A model generated the notes under the pieces. It worked only from the letters and a program-made list of their open reading frames with translations. It was not told the DNA's origin and did not search any database. A DNA stretch of 64,000 bases, taken from the NCBI GenBank assembly GCA_934464615.1, contig CAKSKA010000001.1:103159-167158 (forward strand). The letters are read 5' to 3'. Positions 56,996-64,000 of this stretch are shown here, piece after piece. The first letter of the stretch is position 1. Every line of letters starts with the position of its first letter. The position numbers and the translations under genes were made by a program. This DNA is from an uncultured Eubacteriales bacterium (lineage in GTDB: Bacteria; Bacillota; Clostridia; Oscillospirales; Acutalibacteraceae).

Positions 56996-58543
56996 CTATT
57001 CGCAAAACAAATAAACGGAGCCATGTTCAATACCGGTTTTTTCAATATCAAAATATGTTTGCTTATTGTATTTATAATCGGTCTTGTTTATTATGGCAAA
57101 GCGTTTATCCGCTTTTTGAATATATATATTATTTTTAAGCTGCGGCATATGCTCAAAACTCAGTTCGGTTTTACCGGACGCTTTTGTATAGCCGTTTATT
57201 TTTATTGTGCTTAAAACAGGTCTGTCAAACAAATTGTATTCCATACAACTGTCATAAAAACAGTTCTCTCCCACATCGGCCTTTATGTATGCACTTTGCT
57301 GCGGTTTTGTACCGAAACCGTATCCGCCGTTTCGGCAGAAATTATAACCGAAATACAGGTTTTTATAGCAGTTATCCGATTTTTTGGGTTGTTGGTTAAA
57401 ACACTCAAGTACGGTATCGCAATATTCAAATATACAATGGCTTACGCTGAAATCCTTAAAAATAGCGGAAGCTTCGTCCAGATCCGTACGATACTGCGCC
57501 GTAACCGAAGTGTCAAACTGCTGATAAAATCGGCAATATTTAAAACTTATGCCGTCACAATCCCGCCATGCACCGCTGCCGCCGCCGTATCTTACATTAT
57601 TTGCGTCATAATGACCACCAACCCAGGAGGAACAGCAGTAACTCATACTTATGTTTTTAAGCGAAGTGCCCCAAAATCCGTCAATTCCGAAATAGAGATC
57701 GAGATTGTTAAAAGCAATATCATGTGCGCCGTTTGCAACGGATAACTGGTGGTTGTCAACGGAAAATTCAATGGTATCAAATCTTTCAGCAGGGTTGCCT
57801 TCGGTACTGTACATATAAATTTTAAAATCTATCGGTCTGCCGGTGGATTTTCCGCCCATAAATGTAAACTGTAAATCTTTTTTTAGTTTTTCGCGGTTTT
57901 CCATTTTTTCGGCATACGCTTCGCCTTGGGCGCCTGCATTAAATACGATACAGCCTATATCGCTTGCACTCAGTTTTTCGTTGTATACCCAAATATTCTC
58001 GTCGTCCGTCTGCGTCCATCCGGCGCTTTTACCTTCTATTGAACAGTAGAATTTCGGCTTAAATCCCGTGCCGTAAGCGCTGTAGGAGATACCGCTTTGG
58101 GCAAATATTGTGCCGCGCCAAAAACCGCCGCGTTCAAACAAAACAAGGTCGCCGTCATTAAAACGGTAATTGTTGATTTTTTTCAGCGTTGCCCAAGCCG
58201 TTTCAGGCGATTTGCCGTCATTATCGTCGTTACCGTTGTTGGATATATAATACTTTGTACCGGTACATTCGGTAATTTCTCCGCCGCTGTAAATTATCAT
58301 TTCATTAAATTTGTCACCAAGCTCGTCAATCTTTCCAAGCGCGTTTCCGTCAAGCGTAGTAAAGTTTTCCGTATCAAGTAAATGCTGCAGTTGTGTGTGG
58401 TATTCTTCCTCTGTCATAAGATTTTGAGGTTTTGCAAACACATTATTGCCGACATCACCGTCATTGCCGCTGCCCTTATCGCAGCCGCAAAACAATATAC
58501 ACAGGCAAAGAAGTATCAAAATGCCGAGATTAGTTTTTTTCAT
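56996..58543 (-). CDS. Beta-helix-like protein family, paralog 7 (lipoprotein)
   Basis: Signal peptide with lipobox FCGC. Family motifs present. First gene of the run. Confidence 0.85.
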   Translation of the reverse strand: MKKTNLGILILLCLCILFCGCDKGSGNDGDVGNNVFAKPQNLMTEEEYHTQLQHLLDTENFTTLDGNALGKIDELGDKFNEMIIYSGGEITECTGTKYYISNNGNDDNDGKSPETAWATLKKINNYRFNDGDLVLFERGGFWRGTIFAQSGISYSAYGTGFKPKFYCSIEGKSAGWTQTDDENIWVYNEKLSASDIGCIVFNAGAQGEAYAEKMENREKLKKDLQFTFMGGKSTGRPIDFKIYMYSTEGNPAERFDTIEFSVDNHQLSVANGAHDIAFNNLDLYFGIDGFWGTSLKNISMSYCCSSWVGGHYDANNVRYGGGSGAWRDCDGISFKYCRFYQQFDTSVTAQYRTDLDEASAIFKDFSVSHCIFEYCDTVLECFNQQPKKSDNCYKNLYFGYNFCRNGGYGFGTKPQQSAYIKADVGENCFYDSCMEYNLFDRPVLSTIKINGYTKASGKTELSFEHMPQLKNNIYIQKADKRFAIINKTDYKYNKQTYFDIEKTGIEHGSVYLFCE

Positions 58544-58730
58544 ATCAGTTGTCCCTTTATATAATGTACTTTAATATATAAATATAATTTATAGATAAAA
58601 TAGGAAAAGCATAATAAACAAAAATATCGCCTAACATAACCATTATACAGTGTGATTTTACCATATATAAACGACTATTTCAATAAGAAATTAATTTTTT
58701 AAAAAAAAATAAAAAATAGTGAAAAAACAC

Positions 58731-58759
58731 TTGCTTTTTTTGCGGTTTTATGATATTAT
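58731..58759 (+). promoter_or_regulatory. Strong sigma-A promoter of the S10 operon with an A-rich UP-like element
   Basis: TTGCTT-17 nt-TATTAT with an extended TGA, preceded by ~40 nt of A-tracts (58691-58730). Confidence 0.7.
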
Positions 58760-58927
58760 CTATCAGTACGTTACTGCGTACAGATATGCGATGATGTGGG
58801 AGGTGGCTGACCTCGAGTCAGGGAATTTCCACGGAGTATGTCCGATTTTAAACCGGGCGATAGAAACTTATCAACCAAGAGCTTACGGTACTTGCGAACC
58901 GTACAGCACACGGCTGCAAAGCCGTAC

Positions 58928-58962
58928 CCGGATTTTACTGTAACCCCAGTACATCCGGTTTT
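58928..58962 (+). terminator. Terminator-like hairpin inside the rpsJ leader (candidate attenuator)
   Basis: CCGGAT-tt-TACTG-taacccCAGTA-c-ATCCGG followed by TTTTAT, about 75 nt upstream of the rpsJ start. Confidence 0.45.
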
Positions 58963-59035
58963 ATAATGTGCGAACACGAAACGCACGAAACGGTGTAAGT
59001 TTTGCCCGCCAACCCAACAAGGAGGCGACAATAAC

Positions 59036-59347
59036 ATGGCAGTAAAGGAAAAGATTCGTATAAGAATCAAAGGTTACGATCATGCTCTTGTAGATCAGTC
59101 TGCAGAAAAGATCGTTGAAACCGCAAAGCGTACAGGTGCCCGCGTTTCCGGTCCCGTACCGCTTCCGACCGAAAAAGAGGTCGTAACAATTCTGCGCGCT
59201 GTTCATAAATATAAGGACAGCCGTGAGCAGTTCGAAACAAGAACTCACAAAAGGCTTATCGACATTCTCAGACCTTCCAACAAAACTGTTGAGGCTCTGA
59301 CAAGTCTTGAGCTTCCCGCAGGCGTTGAGCTTGAAATAAAGCTTTAA
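59036..59347 (+). CDS. rpsJ: 30S ribosomal protein S10
   Basis: [10 protein letters not shown]...SGPVPLPT...HKRLIDI. AAGGAGG RBS. Confidence 0.98.
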   Translation: MAVKEKIRIRIKGYDHALVDQSAEKIVETAKRTGARVSGPVPLPTEKEVVTILRAVHKYKDSREQFETRTHKRLIDILRPSNKTVEALTSLELPAGVELEIKL

Positions 59348-59403
59348 TAAGCGCTGCGTGGTCAAGTCGGTATTTCCGACCAATAACCAAAGGAGGATAA
59401 AAA

Positions 59404-60036
59404 ATGAAAAAAGGTATCGTAGGTAAAAAGCTCGGTATGACTCAGCTTTTCGATGCTAACGGTAACGTTGTTCCCGTAACCGTAATTGAGGCAGGACCTT
59501 GCGTTGTTGCTCAGAAAAAGACGGTTGAAAACGACGGCTACGAAGCAGTACAGATAGGCTACGGCGATCTCAAAGCTTCTAAAGTAAACGGTCCTATGAA
59601 GGGACATTTTGCAAAGGGCGATGTAGCTCCCAAAAAAGTTCTTCGTGAACTTCGTCTTGAAGACACTACCGGTTTGAATGTCGGCGACATACTTAAGGCT
59701 GACATATTCGCCGAGGGCGATTTCGTTGATGTTCGCGGAACTTCCAAAGGTAAAGGCTATGCCGGCACTATTAAGCGCTGGAATTTCCATCGTCTTAAGG
59801 AATCACACGGTACAGGCCCTGTTGCCCGTCACGGCGGTTCGCTCGGCGCTTGCTCAAGCCCGTCACGTGTATTCAAAGGCAAAAAAATGGCAGGTCACTT
59901 GGGTAATGAACGCGTAACGGTTCAGAACCTGAGCGTAGTAAAGGTTGACTCTGAAAATAACATTATTGCCGTTAAGGGTGCGGTTCCCGGTCCCAAAGGC
60001 GGAATAGTTGTTCTTTTTGACAGTGTCAAAGCATAA
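59404..60036 (+). CDS. rplC: 50S ribosomal protein L3
   Basis: GIVGKKLGMTQLFD...VTVIEAGPC... Conserved operon order. Confidence 0.98.
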   Translation: MKKGIVGKKLGMTQLFDANGNVVPVTVIEAGPCVVAQKKTVENDGYEAVQIGYGDLKASKVNGPMKGHFAKGDVAPKKVLRELRLEDTTGLNVGDILKADIFAEGDFVDVRGTSKGKGYAGTIKRWNFHRLKESHGTGPVARHGGSLGACSSPSRVFKGKKMAGHLGNERVTVQNLSVVKVDSENNIIAVKGAVPGPKGGIVVLFDSVKA

Positions 60037-60053
60037 GGGAAGGAGTGTTTTAA

Positions 60054-60677
60054 ATGCCTAATGTAGCAGTAGTTGATATGGCCGGTAAAAATGTCGGCGA
60101 AATCACTTTAAGCGACGCCATTTTCGGTATTGAGCCGAATGCAGTGGTTATGCATATGGCCGTTGTAAATTATCTTGCAAATCAGCGCCAGGGCACTCAG
60201 TCCACTTTAACCCGTACCGAAGTATCGGGCGGCGGTAAAAAACCGTGGCGCCAGAAAGGTACAGGCCATGCACGTCAGGGTTCTACAAGAGCTCCGCAGT
60301 GGCGTCACGGCGGTATCGTTCATGCACCGAAGCCGAGAGATTATTCTTACTCTCTCAATAAGAAAGTTGCAAGACTTGCATTAAAGTCTGCTCTTTCCGA
60401 TAAAGTTGTTAACAATTCTCTCATCGTTCTTGATGAACTTACTGTTGACGCTTACAAAACAAAAGTTGTTGCCGATTGCCTTAAAGCCATCGGTGCGCAG
60501 AAGAAAACTCTCATCGTATTAGCCGATAATAATGCTTTTGCTGTTCGCAGCATAGCAAATATTGCGGGAGTTAAATCCGCGCAGGTAAACACCATTAACA
60601 CTTACGACATTATTAATGCCGATACACTTGTGGTTGTTAAGGGTGCAGTTGCTAAATTAGAGGAGGTGTATGCATAA
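60054..60677 (+). CDS. rplD: 50S ribosomal protein L4
   Basis: [19 protein letters not shown] motif. Confidence 0.98.
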   Translation: MPNVAVVDMAGKNVGEITLSDAIFGIEPNAVVMHMAVVNYLANQRQGTQSTLTRTEVSGGGKKPWRQKGTGHARQGSTRAPQWRHGGIVHAPKPRDYSYSLNKKVARLALKSALSDKVVNNSLIVLDELTVDAYKTKVVADCLKAIGAQKKTLIVLADNNAFAVRSIANIAGVKSAQVNTINTYDIINADTLVVVKGAVAKLEEVYA

Positions 60678-60970
60678 TGAAAGCCGCACAGGATATCATT
60701 ATAGCTCCGGTTATAACCGAAAAAAGCATGACAGGAATTGCCGATAAAAAGTACACCTTTAAAGTTGCAACCGATGCAAACAAAATTGAAATTGCAAATG
60801 CAGTTGAGCAACTTTTTAAAGTTGAAGTTGCAAAGGTAAATACAATTTCGGTTCGCGGTAAAGCCCGCAGAATGGGACGTTACGAAGGCTATACTTCCGC
60901 TTGGAAAAAAGCAATAGTAACACTTAAAGCAAATTCTAAGCCGATTGAATTCTTTAACGGTTTAATGTAA
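60677..60970 (+). CDS. rplW: 50S ribosomal protein L23
   Basis: [10 protein letters not shown]...YTFKV... motif. Conserved operon order. Confidence 0.97.
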   Translation: MKAAQDIIIAPVITEKSMTGIADKKYTFKVATDANKIEIANAVEQLFKVEVAKVNTISVRGKARRMGRYEGYTSAWKKAIVTLKANSKPIEFFNGLM

Positions 60971-61061
60971 TTTGTCCCAAACGGTGAAATTAATTTATTT
61001 AATTTCCGGTGATGTATGAAGTCGCAAGACTTCGCTAAGCCAATTTAGGAGAGTGAAAAAC

Positions 61062-61892
61062 ATGGCAATAAAGCATTACAAGCCTACTACTCCGGGACGC
61101 CGCGGTATGACAACAATGGATTATTCCGAACTGTCAAAAGTAGCACCCGAGAGAAGTTTGCTTACAGCTATTAAGAAAAATGCGGGCCGTAACAGTTACG
61201 GACGCATAACCGTTCGCCACAGAGGCGGCGGAAACCGCAAAAAATACAGAATTATAGATTTCAAGAGGGAGCGCTTCGGCGTTGAAGCCACCGTTCTCAC
61301 ACTTGAGTACGATCCTAACCGTTCTGCATTTATTGCACTTGTACAGTATACCGACGGTGAAAAGCGCTACATTATAGCTCCTATAGGACTTAAAGTAGGC
61401 GACACCGTAGTAAGCGGTCCCGATGCCGACATTAAACCCGGTAACGCACTTCCGCTTATAAACATTCCTGTAGGTACATTCCTTCATAATATTGAGCTTT
61501 ACCCCGGCAAGGGCGCGCAGCTTGCACGTTCCGCAGGTAACATGGCTCAGCTTATGGCTAAGGAAAACGGCATGGCACTTTTGCGTTTGCCGTCAGGCGA
61601 GCTCCGTAATGTTCCGGCAAACTGCATGGCTACGGTAGGCCAGGTAAGCAACCCCGAACACAGCAATGTAAATTACGGTAAAGCAGGCCGCAAACGTCAT
61701 ATGGGTTGGCGTCCTACAGTCCGCGGTTCTGTAATGAACCCGAATGACCACCCGCACGGCGGTGGTGAAGGTAAGTCACCTGTCGGCCGTCCCGGCCCTG
61801 TAACCCCTTGGGGTAAACCGGCTCTCGGCTATAAGACAAGAGATAAGAAGAAGCGTTCAAACAAGTATATTGTTAAGCGTCGTTCTAAGTAG
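61062..61892 (+). CDS. rplB: 50S ribosomal protein L2
   Basis: [15 protein letters not shown]...HPHGGGEGK motifs. ATG 61062 lies behind GGAGAG. Confidence 0.98.
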   Translation: MAIKHYKPTTPGRRGMTTMDYSELSKVAPERSLLTAIKKNAGRNSYGRITVRHRGGGNRKKYRIIDFKRERFGVEATVLTLEYDPNRSAFIALVQYTDGEKRYIIAPIGLKVGDTVVSGPDADIKPGNALPLINIPVGTFLHNIELYPGKGAQLARSAGNMAQLMAKENGMALLRLPSGELRNVPANCMATVGQVSNPEHSNVNYGKAGRKRHMGWRPTVRGSVMNPNDHPHGGGEGKSPVGRPGPVTPWGKPALGYKTRDKKKRSNKYIVKRRSK

Positions 61893-61912
61893 TCTACGGA
61901 AGGAGAATAATT

Positions 61913-62185
61913 ATGGGTAGAAGCATTAAAAAAGGTCCTTTCGTGCAACCTGTTTTGCTTAAAAGGATTCAAGAGATGAACGAAGCCGGCGAGAAGCGAG
62001 TTCTCAAGACCTGGTCACGTTCTTCAACCATATTCCCTGATTTCGTTGGACACACGATTGCTGTTCACGACGGACGCAAACATGTTCCGGTATATGTAAC
62101 TGAGGATATGGTAGGTCACAAGCTCGGCGAATTTGCTCCCACAAGAACATTTAAGGGACACGCCGGTGCAAAGACAACAAAATAA
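61913..62185 (+). CDS. rpsS: 30S ribosomal protein S19
   Basis: GRSIKKGPF...[17 protein letters not shown]. Confidence 0.98.
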   Translation: MGRSIKKGPFVQPVLLKRIQEMNEAGEKRVLKTWSRSSTIFPDFVGHTIAVHDGRKHVPVYVTEDMVGHKLGEFAPTRTFKGHAGAKTTK

Positions 62186-62203
62186 GCGGAAGGAGAGTAA
62201 ACA

Positions 62204-62542
62204 ATGGAAGCAAGAGCTACTTTAAAATATGCTCGTATTTCACCCCGTAAGGTGAAAATAGTTATGGATCTTATTCGTAACCAGGATGCTGACAAAGCTA
62301 TGGCTATTCTCAAATTTACTCCTAAGTCCGCTTGTGAGTATTTAGAGAAGCTGTTGGCTTCAGCAATGGCTAATGCCGATTTCAATCACCATATGGATGT
62401 TTCAAAGCTCTATGTTGCAGAGTGCTTTGTTTGCCCCGGTCCTACATTAAAGCGTATTCGCCCGAAGGATCACGGCCGCGCACACCGCATATTGAAGAGA
62501 ACAAGCCATATGACTATCGTTCTTAAAGAACGTGAAGACTGA
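62204..62542 (+). CDS. rplV: 50S ribosomal protein L22
   Basis: ARISPRKVKIVMDLIR...GPTLKRIRPKDHGRAHRILKRTSH. Confidence 0.98.
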   Translation: MEARATLKYARISPRKVKIVMDLIRNQDADKAMAILKFTPKSACEYLEKLLASAMANADFNHHMDVSKLYVAECFVCPGPTLKRIRPKDHGRAHRILKRTSHMTIVLKERED

Positions 62543-62558
62543 TAAAGGAGGTTAAATT

Positions 62559-63224
62559 ATGGGCCAGAAAGTTAATCCGCACGGTTTCCGTGTAGGCGTA
62601 ATTAAAGACTGGGATTCCCGTTGGTTCGCCAATGACAATGTCTTCGGAGATACTTTGGTTGAGGACTATAACCTCCGTAAGTATTTGAAAAAGACACTTT
62701 ATGCTGCCGGCGTAGCAAAAATTGAAATAGAGCGTACCGCTTCAAAGGTAAGACTCCATATTCACTGTGCAAAGCCCGGTATCGTAATCGGCCGTAACGG
62801 TTCTGAAATTGAGAAGCTCCGCGTTATCTGTGAAAAGAAACTCGGTAAGCCTGTAAATATCAATATCGTTGAGGTTAAAAATGTAGACGGTAACGCTGTT
62901 CTCGTAGCAGAAAGCGTTGCAGATCAGCTTGAAAAGCGTGTTTCTTTCCGTCGTGCTATGAAGATGGCTATCAGCCGTGCTATGAAGTCCGGTGCAAAGG
63001 GTATCAAGATTTTGGTATCAGGTCGTCTCGGCGGTGCAGAAATTGCAAGAAGCGAGCAGTATCACGAAGGTACAATCCCGCTTCAGACTCTTCGCGCGGA
63101 TATCGACTACGGTTTTGCAGAAGCTGCAACAACCTACGGACGTATCGGTGTTAAGGTTTGGATTTATAAGGGCGAAGTTCTTCATGATTCAAGAAACAAT
63201 CGTAAGGAAGGGGGAGCCCGCTAA
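62559..63224 (+). CDS. rpsC: 30S ribosomal protein S3
   Basis: [13 protein letters not shown]...[12 protein letters not shown]. Confidence 0.98.
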   Translation: MGQKVNPHGFRVGVIKDWDSRWFANDNVFGDTLVEDYNLRKYLKKTLYAAGVAKIEIERTASKVRLHIHCAKPGIVIGRNGSEIEKLRVICEKKLGKPVNINIVEVKNVDGNAVLVAESVADQLEKRVSFRRAMKMAISRAMKSGAKGIKILVSGRLGGAEIARSEQYHEGTIPLQTLRADIDYGFAEAATTYGRIGVKVWIYKGEVLHDSRNNRKEGGAR

Positions 63225-63649
63225 TGTTATTACCAAAGCGTGTTAAATACCGCAGAGTTCAGCGCGGACGTTTGACCGGTGCTGCTACACGCGGTACTAC
63301 CGTATCTCACGGAGATTACGGCCTTCAGGCTTTAGAGCCGGCGTGGATCACCTCTAACCAGATAGAGGCAGCCCGTATTGCCATGACTCGTTACATTAAA
63401 CGTGGCGGTCAGGTTTGGATTAAAATATTCCCGGATAAGCCGATAACCGAAAAACCGGCTGAAACCCGAATGGGTTCCGGTAAAGGTTCTCCGGAGTATT
63501 GGGTAGCCGTTGTTAAACCGGGCAGAGTAATGTTCGAAATCGGCGGCGTAAGCGAGGAATTAGCTAGAGAAGCTATGCGTCTCGCAGCAAACAAACTTCC
63601 TATAAAGTGTAAGTTTGTTACTAAGCAGGAAATGGGTGGTGAGCAGTAA
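63224..63649 (+). CDS. rplP: 50S ribosomal protein L16
   Basis: [11 protein letters not shown]...[19 protein letters not shown]. Confidence 0.98.
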   Translation: MLLPKRVKYRRVQRGRLTGAATRGTTVSHGDYGLQALEPAWITSNQIEAARIAMTRYIKRGGQVWIKIFPDKPITEKPAETRMGSGKGSPEYWVAVVKPGRVMFEIGGVSEELAREAMRLAANKLPIKCKFVTKQEMGGEQ

Positions 63650-63855
63650 TGAACGCAAAAGAAGTCAGAGAATTAACTTTACCTGAACTTAATGATAAGT
63701 TGGCAAAGCTTAAGGAAGAACTCTTTAATCTCCGTTTTCAACTTGCCATTAACCAGCTCGATAACCCTACGCGTATAAACGCTGTTAAAAAAGACATCGC
63801 ACGGGTAAAAACAGTTATCCGTGAGTTAGAGCTTAAAGACAGCGCTAATGCTTAA
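63649..63855 (+). CDS. rpmC: 50S ribosomal protein L29
   Basis: [17 protein letters not shown] motif. Confidence 0.97.
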   Translation: MNAKEVRELTLPELNDKLAKLKEELFNLRFQLAINQLDNPTRINAVKKDIARVKTVIRELELKDSANA

Positions 63856-63874
63856 GAGTGGGAGGTACAGCTAA

Positions 63875-64000
63875 ATGAGCGAAAGAAACCTTCGTAAAGA
63901 AAGAGTGGGCAAAGTTGTAAGCAATAAAATGGATAAAACCGTTGTAGTTGCTATTGAGGACAACGTTAAGCATCCGCTTTATAAGAAGATTATTAAAAAC
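63875..64000 (+). CDS. rpsQ: 30S ribosomal protein S17 (3' end outside window)
   Basis: ATG 63875 behind GGGAGG. Translated by hand as [42 protein letters not shown], typical of S17. Confidence 0.9.
   Translation, partial: MSERNLRKERVGKVVSNKMDKTVVVAIEDNVKHPLYKKIIKN

Noticed and set aside
58719-59383. ORFs of 74, 99 and 140 aa in and around the rpsJ leader.
   Set aside because: They have no RBS. They overlap the promoter, leader hairpins or rpsJ itself, so the region is better explained as a structured untranslated leader.
1-64000. Looked for CRISPR arrays, rRNA genes, IS elements, integrases, prophage blocks and T-box leaders (for example upstream of proS).
   Set aside because: No regularly spaced repeats and no transposase- or integrase-like ORFs were seen. 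The aroC-proS spacer (~47 nt) is too short for a T-box. The only accessory DNA is the three regions described.

Overview
Low-GC Firmicutes (Clostridia-like) chromosomal segment, mostly core housekeeping genes. In order: the tail of a maltodextrin-type ABC uptake cluster with malQ; tspO; the hrcA-grpE-dnaK-dnaJ operon behind a textbook CIRCE operator; a SleB-type wall hydrolase; a CPA2 antiporter; trmL; pgk-tpiA-gpmI; eda-kdgK; a YhhQ-family transporter; nfnAB; a GH2 glycosidase; RNase P RNA; yceD-rpmF; DUF512-der-plsY-gpsA; ligA; acpP; aroC; proS; and the start of the S10 ribosomal operon (rpsJ to rpsQ). Three accessory stretches stand out. (1) A 1.8-kb islet (16.2-18.2 kb) is flanked by a perfect 41-bp duplication of a bidirectional terminator. 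It carries an XRE regulator, a MuF-remnant::barnase toxin and a barstar immunity gene, under two face-to-face perfect consensus promoters. (2) A 34.9-44.6 kb cluster holds two MacB/FtsX-type ABC systems and a PAP2 gene. One ATPase is degenerate in the Q-loop, signature, D-loop and H-loop, and is fused to an ~850-aa cytoplasmic module of unknown, glycosidase-like appearance. (3) A seven-gene tandem array (47.6-58.5 kb) encodes paralogous beta-helix-like proteins, four lipoproteins and three signal-less, wedged between proS and the S10 operon. Smaller oddities are an apparent 1-nt frameshift in trmL, a ~37-aa insertion in PGK, structured leaders upstream of yhhQ and rpsJ, and three T-arm-like hairpins. 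No CRISPR, rRNA, intact tRNA, transposase or integrase genes were seen. All homology calls come from motif recognition by eye, not from database searches.
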